32,256 nucleotides of DNA from Candidatus Woesearchaeota archaeon (GCA_018302885.1 JAGVZC010000005.1:1-32256), one strand, 5' to 3'; shown: positions 8,950 to 17,487, counted from the first letter of the stretch. Notes: a model not told the origin generated them from the sequence alone. Numbers and translations: made by a program.

Positions 8950-9042
8950 GGGACTAAGAAATTAGCATTTAGTTATGGGCTAACTTGGCTATGCTTCGAG
9001 GTTTGGGACCTCGCGATCTGGGTTCAAATCCCAGTAGCCCCA
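8950..9042 (+). tRNA. trnP: tRNA-Pro(UGG) with a 19-nt BHB intron (8953-8971) between positions 3 and 4; exons 8950-8952 and 8972-9042
   Basis: Anticodon arm CGAGG-TTTGGGA-CCTCG, T arm CTGGG-TTCAAAT-CCCAG, 3' end TAGCCCC-A. The 5' acceptor strand GGG+GTTA forms only after intron removal. Confidence 0.92.
8953..8971 (+). other. tRNA intron with canonical bulge-helix-bulge
   Basis: Outer stem AGCCCATAA/TTATGGGCT, 4-bp helix GATG/CATT, 3-nt bulges GGA and TAG, inner hairpin CTAA-GAAA-TTAG. Confidence 0.9.
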
Positions 9043-9109
9043 TTTAAAATTAATAAAAAAATTTAAGAAAACTTTATAAAATCTATTACAAGAAAACTTA
9101 AATATTAAA

Positions 9110-9322
9110 ATGGCAACAAAAAAAGTAGGAACAACTGGCAGATTTGGAGCAAGATATGGTAAAACAGTAAAGAAAAAAGTTGCAGACATTGAAGCCAAGA
9201 TGAAAGTCTGGCATAAATGCCCTTACTGTAACAAACAAAAAGTTAAGAGGGAATTCGCCGGAGTTTGGAAATGCAGAAACTGCAAAGCAAAATTCACGGG
9301 TAAAGCTTATTTACCAAAATAA
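9110..9322 (+). CDS. rpl37ae: 50S ribosomal protein L37ae
   Basis: [14 protein letters not shown] and CPYC...GVWKCRNC...FTGKAYLP. Confidence 0.96.
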   Translation: MATKKVGTTGRFGARYGKTVKKKVADIEAKMKVWHKCPYCNKQKVKREFAGVWKCRNCKAKFTGKAYLPK

Positions 9323-9327
9323 AAAAA

Positions 9328-9465
9328 ATGGTATTACATAAATGTTTTGAATGCGACAAGGAAATAAAAGCTGAATACATCAAGAAAAAGATAAGATGCC
9401 CTTACTGCGGTTCTAAAATCATATACAAACCAAGAATTATAAGTTCTAAAGTTAAGGCAGAATGA
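9328..9465 (+). CDS. rpoP: DNA-directed RNA polymerase subunit P (Rpo12)
   Basis: Manual translation MVLHKCFECDKEIKAEYIKKKIRCPYCGSKIIYKPRIISSKVKAE; follows rpl37ae as is typical in archaea. Confidence 0.93.
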   Translation: MVLHKCFECDKEIKAEYIKKKIRCPYCGSKIIYKPRIISSKVKAE

Positions 9466-9785
9466 ATAAAGAAACAGAGAAAAAGATTCAGCAGTTACAA
9501 TTGCTAGAGCAAAATCTATCAAATATAATCATGCAGAAACAGACTTTTCAGATGCATTTGATGGAAAATGAGAATGCACTCAAAGAACTGGAAAAAACAA
9601 ATAAAAATGCTTATAAAATAATTGGCACTATTATGATAAGTTCTGCAAAAGAGGATTTAAAAAAAGAATTAAAAGAACAAAAAGAAATTTTAGATCTAAG
9701 AATTAAAAATTTAGAAAAACAAGAGAAAAATTTCAAGGAAAAAGCCGAGGAAATTCAGAAAGAGGTTATGAAAGAAATAAAATGA
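9462..9785 (+). CDS. pfdB: Prefoldin beta subunit
   Basis: Coiled coils flanking the hairpin ENENALKELEK...YKIIGTIMI; synteny. Confidence 0.92.
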   Translation: MNKETEKKIQQLQLLEQNLSNIIMQKQTFQMHLMENENALKELEKTNKNAYKIIGTIMISSAKEDLKKELKEQKEILDLRIKNLEKQEKNFKEKAEEIQKEVMKEIK

Positions 9786-10027
9786 ATGATCAACTAGACA
9801 ACATAAAGGAAATTCTTGGAGAAATAAAGGGGGATAATTCTGTTCCAAGGAATATAAGAGCAAAAATAGATGATATTATATGCCAAATAGGCAACAATGA
9901 CTGTGGGTTTGATATCAAAATAAGCAGGTTACTGAATGATTTGGAAGAGATAAGCGATGATGCCAACCTTCCAAGTTATATAAGAACAGAGATACTAATG
10001 ACCATAGGCATATTAAGTGAGATATGA
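9782..10027 (+). CDS. UPF0147 family protein
   Basis: DNSVPRNIR and LEEISDDANLPSYIRT motifs. Confidence 0.88.
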   Translation: MNDQLDNIKEILGEIKGDNSVPRNIRAKIDDIICQIGNNDCGFDIKISRLLNDLEEISDDANLPSYIRTEILMTIGILSEI

Positions 10028-10079
10028 TATAAAACAAAATAGAAATATTTATATAATTTGTTGTTATTTAAAAAGTAAA

Positions 10080-10454
10080 ATGAGAAATTGGTTATCAAAA
10101 ATGATGGGTAAAAGTGATTTGCCTGAAGAGTTGAATGATGATTATGTAGAGATTGATACTAATGTGACAAAATCTGGCAAGACTAAGATTAGTGTAAGGC
10201 CTTTTATTGTTCAGGACTTTGGGGATATCAAACCAATACTGGACTGTTTAAGGGAAGGAATGACTATTTCTTTGATTAATATTAAACAGTTAAAAGAAAG
10301 GGACATTGTAGAATTAAAGAGAGCTGTAAACAAATTAAAGAAAACATGCGACGCTATTGAAGGCGATATTGCTGGATTTGGAGAGGACTGGATTGTTGTA
10401 ACTCCAAGCTTTGCACAGATTCACAGAGCTAACACTGAAGAAGTAGAAGAATAG
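10080..10454 (+). CDS. sepF: Cell division protein SepF
   Basis: LREG..SLINI, LKRAVNKLK, GDIAG and IVVTP motifs. Start placed at MRNWL, downstream of a TATA-like TTTATATAA. Confidence 0.88.
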   Translation: MRNWLSKMMGKSDLPEELNDDYVEIDTNVTKSGKTKISVRPFIVQDFGDIKPILDCLREGMTISLINIKQLKERDIVELKRAVNKLKKTCDAIEGDIAGFGEDWIVVTPSFAQIHRANTEEVEE

Positions 10455-10485
10455 TTTTATAAATTTTCTTTATAATTTATTTATT

Positions 10486-11010
10486 ATGGAAGAAATCAAG
10501 AATCAACCTTGTCCTTTTTGCAATAAAAAAACGCTAACATTAATAGAAGAAGAAAAGGATATTCCTTATTTTGGTAAATGCTATCTAATGTCCATGAGAT
10601 GTGAAAATTGCAGTTATTACAAATCAGACATTGAGTCTGTTGAGCAAAAAGACCCTATAAAATATGAATTTACTGTAAAAGATAAAAAAGACCTGAATGT
10701 AAGGGTGGTTAAAGGCTCTAACGCAACTGTTAAAATTCCTAATTTAAGGATGAGCATAGAACCTGCAATAGCTTCTATAGGTTATATAACCAATGTTGAG
10801 GGGATTATAAGAAGGTTCAAGAAAATAATAGAGGATCAGAGAGATATTGCAGAGGATGATTCAACAAAGAAATCAGCAAAGAATTTATTGAAAAAATTAT
10901 GGAAGATAGAGAATGGCGAGGAGGAAATGAAGATTGTAATTGAAGATCCCTCCGGAAACTCCGCAATAATTTCTGACAAAGCAATTATAAGCAAATTAAA
11001 GAAAAAATGA
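10486..11010 (+). CDS. ZPR1 zinc-finger domain protein
   Basis: CPFC...IPYFG...CENC, ITNVEGII and IEDPSGNSAI motifs. Confidence 0.93.
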   Translation: MEEIKNQPCPFCNKKTLTLIEEEKDIPYFGKCYLMSMRCENCSYYKSDIESVEQKDPIKYEFTVKDKKDLNVRVVKGSNATVKIPNLRMSIEPAIASIGYITNVEGIIRRFKKIIEDQRDIAEDDSTKKSAKNLLKKLWKIENGEEEMKIVIEDPSGNSAIISDKAIISKLKKK

Positions 11011-11678
11011 AGATTTTAGTGGGGTGCCCTACTTCAAATCACAAGGAATACTCATTAAAAGAATATTTAGAAGGGGTTAAGAAATTAAGTTATGAGAATA
11101 TTCATTTTGTTCTTGTTGACAATTCTGAAACAAGCAATTATTATGAAAAACTAAAAAGCCTTGGTGTAAGTGTGATAAAAGACAAATACAAGGAAAGTGC
11201 AAAAGAAAGGGTAATTAATTCAAGAAATATTTTAAGAAGATATTTTCTGGAGAATGATTATGATTATTTTTTAAGCCTTGAGCAGGATGTTGTTCCTCCA
11301 AAAGATGTCATTGAAAAATTATTAAGCCACAATAAAGATATTGTTGGCGGATTATATTTTTATCTTGGAGATGATAATAAAACTTTATTGCCTATGGTAT
11401 GGATTCATCATGAAGGAGAATATGCAAGAAGATTAAGATTCAGCGAAGTTCCAAAAGATGAGCTAATTGAAGTCATAACATGTGGCCTGGGTTGCGTCCT
11501 GATAAAAAGAGATGTTCTTGAGAATATAAAATTTCGATATGAAAAAGGCAAAGAACCATGGGATGATCTCTGGTTTTGCGAAGATGCAAGAGCAAAAGGT
11601 TTTAAAGTATATGTTGATACATCAGCCAAGTGCAAGCATTTTGTTAAAGGAATGGACTGGAGCAAAATAAAAAAATGA
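11007..11678 (+). CDS. Glycosyltransferase family 2-like protein
   Basis: LVDNS, SLEQD (DxD-like), GLGCVLI, DLWFC and GFKVYVD motifs. Confidence 0.82.
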   Translation: MKILVGCPTSNHKEYSLKEYLEGVKKLSYENIHFVLVDNSETSNYYEKLKSLGVSVIKDKYKESAKERVINSRNILRRYFLENDYDYFLSLEQDVVPPKDVIEKLLSHNKDIVGGLYFYLGDDNKTLLPMVWIHHEGEYARRLRFSEVPKDELIEVITCGLGCVLIKRDVLENIKFRYEKGKEPWDDLWFCEDARAKGFKVYVDTSAKCKHFVKGMDWSKIKK

Positions 11679-12283
11679 AAATAATGTTCATTGAAGCAAA
11701 GAATAAGGAAGACATAACTTCTGTAGTAAAAAAATCATTAAACAAAGTCAAAGGAAAGGTTGGTTTGGTAAGCTCTGTTCAGTATCTTAATCAACTGCCA
11801 AAAGCACAGGAAATGATTAAAGATTCCGTCATGGTCGGGCAGGTTTTGGGATGCAACATGAGCAACCCAATGATCCATAAAAGAAAAGTTGATATGTTTC
11901 TTTTCATAGGAAGCGCTTATTTTTATCCAATATACTTAGCATACAAGACAAAAAAAAGAGTTTTGATTGCCAATCCTATGACAAATGAAGTTTCCGAAGT
12001 AAAAAAGCAGGATGTTGATGATTATGAAAAAAAATTAAGAGGCAAACAAGCAAAATTCCTGATGTCAAAAACAAAAGGAGTAATAGTTTCAACAAAACCC
12101 GGGCAGGAAAGATTGAAGGAAGCACTGAAATTAAATTATCCTGTATTTATCTGCAATGATCTGGATGGAAATGAGCTGGAAAATTTCAGCGGGATTGATT
12201 TTTGGATTAACACCGCATGCAATCGAATAGAAGGCAAAAACATTATAAATTTAGAAGACTTGCCTAAAAGTAATGAAAAGTGA
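11675..12283 (+). CDS. dph2: Diphthamide synthesis protein (Dph2-like, short form)
   Basis: GQVLGC, IVSTKPGQ and INTACNRI motifs. Confidence 0.8.
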   Translation: MKIMFIEAKNKEDITSVVKKSLNKVKGKVGLVSSVQYLNQLPKAQEMIKDSVMVGQVLGCNMSNPMIHKRKVDMFLFIGSAYFYPIYLAYKTKKRVLIANPMTNEVSEVKKQDVDDYEKKLRGKQAKFLMSKTKGVIVSTKPGQERLKEALKLNYPVFICNDLDGNELENFSGIDFWINTACNRIEGKNIINLEDLPKSNEK

Positions 12284-13568
12284 AGAAATACTCAACATAG
12301 CAAGCAAAAGAGGTTTCTTTTTTCCTTCTGGCGAGATTTACGGCGCCAAATCAGGGTTCTGGACATACGGGCATCTAGGAACAATAATGAAGCATAAATT
12401 TGAAGATTTATGGAGAAATTATTTTCTGAAATTAAACGACAATTACTTTGAAATTGAAGATGTAAACATACTAAGCGAGGATGTATTCAAGAATTCCGGG
12501 CACCTGAAGCATTTTCATGATCCCCTGGAAGAAAATGGAAAAACTGAAAACTTTAATTTGATGTTTGGATTAAAAGTTGGAGTCAAGGGTGATGAAATGA
12601 TGTATTTAAGACCTGAAACTGCGCAAAGCCCTTACATTGCTTTCAAAAATGAGTTCATGGCATTAAGAGAAAGACTGCCAATGGGTCTGGCGATAATAGG
12701 AAAAGCATTTAGAAATGAAATAAATCCAAGACAGGGTTTTTTCAGATTAAGGGAATTCACACAGGCTGAATTGCAGATATTTTTTGATGGCAATAACCTT
12801 GATGTTAATTTTGATGAGATAAAAGATTACAAATTAAGAATTTCAGACAAAGAAATTAAATGCAAGGATATCAAGGAACCAAAATTTTATGTTTATCATC
12901 TTGCAAAGATCCAGCAGTTTTACCTTGATCTACTGGGAATTCCAAAAGAAAAATTCAGATTCAGAAAACTTGACAACAATGAAAAAGCATTCTACAACAA
13001 GGTGCATTATGATCTTGAACTTAAAATGGACACTTTAAACGGCTTCAAGGAAATTGGCGGACTGCATTACAGGACAGATTATGACATGAAAAACCACAAT
13101 ATGAGCATTAACTATGATGGAAAAAAAATATATCCTCATGTCCTTGAATTAAGCTTTGGTGTTGACAGGAATATCTGGGGTTTAATGGATATTTTTTACA
13201 AGAAAGAAAAAGAAAGAAGCTTATTTTTATTTAATAAAAAAGTTTCTCCGGTTGAGGTTGCCGTATTTCCATTGGTTAACAAAGATAAAATCCCGGAAAA
13301 AGCAAAAGAAATCTATGAATCAGTAAAGAATGAATTCAATTGTTTTTATGACAGCAAGGGTTCAATAGGAAAAATGTACAGGAGAATGGATGAAATAGGA
13401 TGCAATGCAATGATAACCGTCGATCATGAAAGTTTGAAGAATAATGATGTGACTCTAAGAGACAGGGATTCAATGAAACAGATAAGGGTTAAAATAAGCG
13501 AGCTAAAAGAAACATTGAATAAATTTCTTGATGGTGTTGACATAAAAAAATTAGGAAAATTAATCTAA
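12273..13568 (+). CDS. glyS: Glycine--tRNA ligase (alpha2 type, compact)
   Basis: FNLMF, YLRPETAQ, GKAFRNEINPRQGFFRLREFTQAE and SFGVDR motifs; anticodon-binding domain SIGKMYRRMDEIG. Confidence 0.95.
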   Translation: MKSEEILNIASKRGFFFPSGEIYGAKSGFWTYGHLGTIMKHKFEDLWRNYFLKLNDNYFEIEDVNILSEDVFKNSGHLKHFHDPLEENGKTENFNLMFGLKVGVKGDEMMYLRPETAQSPYIAFKNEFMALRERLPMGLAIIGKAFRNEINPRQGFFRLREFTQAELQIFFDGNNLDVNFDEIKDYKLRISDKEIKCKDIKEPKFYVYHLAKIQQFYLDLLGIPKEKFRFRKLDNNEKAFYNKVHYDLELKMDTLNGFKEIGGLHYRTDYDMKNHNMSINYDGKKIYPHVLELSFGVDRNIWGLMDIFYKKEKERSLFLFNKKVSPVEVAVFPLVNKDKIPEKAKEIYESVKNEFNCFYDSKGSIGKMYRRMDEIGCNAMITVDHESLKNNDVTLRDRDSMKQIRVKISELKETLNKFLDGVDIKKLGKLI

Positions 13569-13816
13569 TTCTTATTAAGGAGGAAATAATTAACCAATGA
13601 TATAATTAGATAAGTAAATAAAAAAATTACCGGATATGATATTATAAATGCAAGAAAGGAGGCAAACAAATATATTAAATTTATTTCAAAATTAAATATA
13701 ATTCCGCTATAAGTCCCCTGAGCAGATGTAATTATCAGGGAAAGTATTATTGAAACCATCAGCGATATTTTAGATGCAAAAGGTACAATTTGTATGATAT
13801 GCAATCTATTTCCCAT
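13565..13816 (-). CDS. Small membrane protein
   Basis: 83-aa hydrophobic ORF with two TM helices, overlapping the stop of the upstream gene. Confidence 0.6.
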   Translation of the reverse strand: MGNRLHIIQIVPFASKISLMVSIILSLIITSAQGTYSGIIFNFEINLIYLFASFLAFIISYPVIFLFTYLIISLVNYFLLNKN

Positions 13817-14570
13817 AATAAAATCCTCTTCTGGTCTTTGCCATTACAATTTTTGTTAAATCTTCATCAAAAAGATCTATCGGAGTGGCATATTTGTAAT
13901 CTTTACCATTAAATTTCAATGAGTGGTATAAACTTGCTGCATAAGATGAGCATACCAGTTCATCATCCTTTATTTTATAATTCAAATTTATTCCCGTTGC
14001 CCTTGAAAACACTATCAATAACCCATTCCTGAAGCTGTATTTTATATTTTTATTCTTCAAATCAATATTTGTCTTTTCTATTGCTTCATTTCTGACTTCC
14101 TCACTGACAATAGGCCTTAATACTATGAAATAATAAGAGTTCGTGAAATAAATAGTAAAATTTTCCTCATCCACACCCTTCAATGACAATGAATTCATCC
14201 TTCCATCTCCGACATAAACAAAACTATGCCAGTAATTGCCTTCACCCATGGAATCAATCAAGAACTCAAAAATATTGTAATACAAAAAGAAAATAAACCT
14301 GTTATTTATTGTTTCATCAAACTGCTGCTGATAAATGTACCTGTCACCGTATGAAATTGGTTTATCCAGGATTATATCCCCCGATTTCAATTCATTCAGG
14401 GATATTCTATATATTTCCTCATTATCCAATAATCTATAATTTAAATTCTCAATTCTTTCTTCTGTATAAAATTTAGGATGAAAAAACAAGAAAGTTAAAA
14501 AAACTATCAAGAAGAAAAACAAACCCCAGAACAGGAATTTTCTTGAACTTCTTTCGAATAGATTAAACAT
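13806..14570 (-). CDS. Permuted papain-like (YiiX/YebB-type NlpC/P60) amidase, membrane anchored
   Basis: LKSGDIIL, YWHSFVYVGDG (His) preceding LVCSSY (Cys), and TPIDL; N-terminal TM helix. Confidence 0.75.
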   Translation of the reverse strand: MFNLFERSSRKFLFWGLFFFLIVFLTFLFFHPKFYTEERIENLNYRLLDNEEIYRISLNELKSGDIILDKPISYGDRYIYQQQFDETINNRFIFFLYYNIFEFLIDSMGEGNYWHSFVYVGDGRMNSLSLKGVDEENFTIYFTNSYYFIVLRPIVSEEVRNEAIEKTNIDLKNKNIKYSFRNGLLIVFSRATGINLNYKIKDDELVCSSYAASLYHSLKFNGKDYKYATPIDLFDEDLTKIVMAKTRRGFYYGK

Positions 14571-14645
14571 ACTTATTTAATCATTTAATTTTTTAAAAAG
14601 GTTTTCAAATGACAAATTTTATAAAGAGAATTTCCAAGTTAATAT

Positions 14646-14915
14646 TGTAGACTAGGCTGGCGGGTTAATCCTCCGCTGCAACTGTAAATGGATTCTGACA
14701 GAGCTGAAACTCAGGGAGAGGTTTAGACTTCAAGTATTAGTCTTGATTCGGACTGTGAAACCTTGTCCTGTAGGGTTGGTCTATATGTGAATCAGGTCAG
14801 ACCTTGACGGGAGCAGCCTTAAGCGTGTAGATTGGCGCTTATAGGGAAGCAGGGAGGAGAAAGTTTCAAGGTAGCTGATATTTGTTTTCTATATCAATTT
14901 CTGGGTGCGTCTACA
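14646..14915 (+). ncRNA. ffs: Signal recognition particle (7S) RNA
   Basis: Terminal helix TGTAGAC/GTCTACA, Alu-domain UGUAA motif, helix 8 AGGT-CAGA-CCT-TGAC-GGG-AGCA-GCCT, GC-richer intergenic island, upstream TTTTATAAA. Confidence 0.88.
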
Positions 14916-14955
14916 TTAAAACTTTTAAGAAAAGTTTTATAAAAAAAGAAAAAAA

Positions 14956-16203
14956 TCAGCTCAAATCTTTTTGAGTCAGTATGTTAATTCTTGTTTCTCT
15001 TGGATTTACTTTTGAGCTCATAGCAATGATATATTTAATATCTGATTTCTCTGCATTTGAAGCTATCTCCCTGTCAACAAAACCATCAAAAACAACAGCA
15101 TAAGCTTTGATGTTTTTCATTGTTATTGTTAACTCAGATATAGGAACCTTTCCAAGAACATTCAGATTATTATCCAAGAAATAAGCTGCTCTTGTTCCAA
15201 CCAAATCATCAAGCAACTCCTTGAATTTTTTATTTTCAACAGGAGATGTGCTTGTAACTGCCTGTTTTGAAGGTTGAGATGCAGTATGAGAAATTCTGCT
15301 TACTTCATGCCTTTTTGGAACAAATCTGCTTGAGTTGCTGCTTTTGTTTGAATCTTCATCCTTAATCTTGGCTATTTCCATCTTTATCTGTTCAATAGCC
15401 ACCTTGCTTCTCAATGCTTTATGAACTTCTTTCTTTGTTATTTCCTCAACTTCTTTTCCATCCGGTGCTTTTGCAACATAATCTATTTCAACACCAGCAT
15501 CAACCAACCCCCTTATAATAAGATCTCCTCCCCTGTCTCCATCAACAAACAGAGTAAGCACTTTCTTTTTACCTAGAAATTTAATTGTATCCGGAATTGA
15601 AGTTCCATTTAAAGCAATAGCATTCTTAATTCCCTGTTTTAAAAGATTAAGAACATCTGCTCTCCCCTCTACAACTATAATTTCCTCAGATTCGTCAATT
15701 GCAGGACCAGAAGCAAGCCTTTCCCTGCCATATTCTGTGATTTCCATCATCCTTACAGATTGCGCCACCTGATCCGTAATATCCTGTGAATCAGGCAATA
15801 CTTTTGATGTCAAATCTCTAAGCAATTCCTTTGCCCTTTCTATAACCTGATTTCTCTTTGAAACCCTGACATCTTCTATTAATTTAACATTTACCTTAGA
15901 ATCGCATGGACCTATTCTCTGAATAGTTTCAAGAGAAGCTCCAATTATGGCTGTTTCAGCCTTATCCAAAGAACTTGGAATTATAATTTCACCACGGGTT
16001 TTTCCAGATCTAGTCTCAATTTTTACTTCAATTCTGCCTATTCTTCCAGACCTTTGTAATTCCCTTAATTCCAATTCACTGCCCAATAAACCTTCAGTCT
16101 GTCCAAAAACAGCTCCAATTACATCGGGCTTGTCAACCACCCCTTCTATAAAAATATCAGTATGTATAATATACTTAGCTACTACTGGGCTAATTTTTCC
16201 CAT
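14956..16203 (-). CDS. dnaG: Archaeal DnaG (TOPRIM, exosome-associated)
   Basis: DVIGAVFGQTEGLLG, GRIGRI, IVVEGRADV and FVDGDRGG motifs; GGAGG SD upstream. Confidence 0.96.
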   Translation of the reverse strand: MGKISPVVAKYIIHTDIFIEGVVDKPDVIGAVFGQTEGLLGSELELRELQRSGRIGRIEVKIETRSGKTRGEIIIPSSLDKAETAIIGASLETIQRIGPCDSKVNVKLIEDVRVSKRNQVIERAKELLRDLTSKVLPDSQDITDQVAQSVRMMEITEYGRERLASGPAIDESEEIIVVEGRADVLNLLKQGIKNAIALNGTSIPDTIKFLGKKKVLTLFVDGDRGGDLIIRGLVDAGVEIDYVAKAPDGKEVEEITKKEVHKALRSKVAIEQIKMEIAKIKDEDSNKSSNSSRFVPKRHEVSRISHTASQPSKQAVTSTSPVENKKFKELLDDLVGTRAAYFLDNNLNVLGKVPISELTITMKNIKAYAVVFDGFVDREIASNAEKSDIKYIIAMSSKVNPRETRINILTQKDLS

Positions 16204-16363
16204 TTTATCCTCCTATAAGAACAAGCCAATATTTATTACACCAGTAACCTTATTTTTTCATTTTTTGGTGTTTTTTCATTTTTTGAGTCAAAATCTTTGA
16301 TTTTTGTGAAAATAATAATGATCGGCTTTGTTCTTTGTTTTTAAGTTAATTATTAATATTTGT

Positions 16364-16437
16364 AGCCCGCAACACTAACTCCCAAATTCATTGTCATCGC
16401 CATTGGCTTACTCCATTGAGTATTCTCATGGCGGGCT
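16364..16437 (-). ncRNA. Unknown ~74-nt structured RNA at the start of the dnaG leader (strand inferred)
   Basis: GC-rich island closed by AGCCCGC/GCGGGCT with internal hairpins; TTTAAATA about 22-29 nt upstream on the minus strand. Confidence 0.45.
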
Positions 16438-16475
16438 TAATTATATATAGAATAATGGTATTTAAACTTAACTGT

Positions 16476-16955
16476 TTACAATTTCATGACATTGAGATAC
16501 GCTTTTATCTCATCAAATAAGGAATAAGCCTCTTTTTTTACCTGATCTCCAAATCTATTAAATTCATATTTCTTGGTTGTATAATCAAATAATTCCCTGA
16601 AGAATTTTATAATTGGCTTTCCTTCATAATAATCCCTAAAGTCTTTATTGATTTTTGCCTCTATCTCAACCTCAAACTTTCCTGAAAAAGCATCTCTTTT
16701 GTTTAATTTTATTTTTTTCAGCCCTGAACCCTTGACAGTCACTTCAATCTGAAACTGAACATAGTCGTTTATATTCTGTGTTGCCTCCCATTTCATTTTC
16801 AGGGAGCCTTTTTCAGAATAATTGTGCTCTTTTTCATCAATATCGTATCTTTTATCAGTTAAGAAATCCTTGATTAACTTATAAATTTCCTTAACATCCA
16901 AATTTCCCTCATATTTTATGAATATTGGGGAAAGCACCCTGTCAACTTCTGTCAT
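16476..16955 (-). CDS. Hypothetical protein (paralog 3 of tandem triplet)
   Basis: Shares the I.YEG..D..E.YK..K.FL....Y...EK pattern with its neighbours. Confidence 0.8.
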   Translation of the reverse strand: MTEVDRVLSPIFIKYEGNLDVKEIYKLIKDFLTDKRYDIDEKEHNYSEKGSLKMKWEATQNINDYVQFQIEVTVKGSGLKKIKLNKRDAFSGKFEVEIEAKINKDFRDYYEGKPIIKFFRELFDYTTKKYEFNRFGDQVKKEAYSLFDEIKAYLNVMKL

Positions 16956-16992
16956 GTTTATTCATTAATCCGTATTTTAATAAATGTTTTGA

Positions 16993-17487
16993 TTAATCCC
17001 TCAATCCCAAAAGACTTTTGACATAAGAGTGAAAAGATGTTGATTTTTTATAAAGCTCTTCTAAATACAAATCAATTCTCTTTCTTATGAAAAAATCCAA
17101 GTATAATTTCTGCAATCCCTTAAGCTGGTTCCATTTTTCTGTACTTGTAATATATGAACTAACCCTGACTTCAAAAGTTCCTTTCTGCATTTTTCTCTTG
17201 GAGCCATCCTCCTGCTGAACTTCAATGTCACTCATATTTAAAATCAGAATGGTCATATCTATATGATAATCAAAGAATTCCGATTTTGATTTTTTTGATT
17301 CCCATGCTATTTCAACCTGTTTTTTTCCTTCTGGCTTTGCTCTCTCAATATATTTTTTTTCAAGACTTCTTTCCTTTGCATAACCGTTGTCCTGCAGCCA
17401 CAATTTAAGATATTTGTAAAATTCCGGGAAATCAGTGATTCCTTCCCATTTTATCTTCTGTTTATGTAAAAGATCTATTCTTATCAT
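16993..17487 (-). CDS. Hypothetical protein (paralog 2 of tandem triplet)
   Basis: IKWEGITDFPEFYKYLKLWLQDNGY...EK...; C-terminus KSLLGL. Confidence 0.8.
   Translation of the reverse strand: MIRIDLLHKQKIKWEGITDFPEFYKYLKLWLQDNGYAKERSLEKKYIERAKPEGKKQVEIAWESKKSKSEFFDYHIDMTILILNMSDIEVQQEDGSKRKMQKGTFEVRVSSYITSTEKWNQLKGLQKLYLDFFIRKRIDLYLEELYKKSTSFHSYVKSLLGLRD

Noticed and set aside
8969..9042. tRNA-Pro as a 5'-truncated pseudogene or prophage att remnant
   Set aside because: The missing GGG is supplied precisely by BHB splicing, and there is no integrase or duplicated tRNA segment in the window.
8989..9198. 69-aa minus-strand ORF
   Set aside because: Antisense to tRNA-Pro and rpl37ae.
14646..14915. 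RNase P RNA or DGR template repeat
   Set aside because: No GAGGAAAGUCC-type P4 motif and no similarity to 2417-2509. SRP helix 8 and Alu motifs fit instead.
16364..16437. tRNA or C/D-box sRNA
   Set aside because: No T-loop or anticodon arm, and no CUGA D box on either strand.
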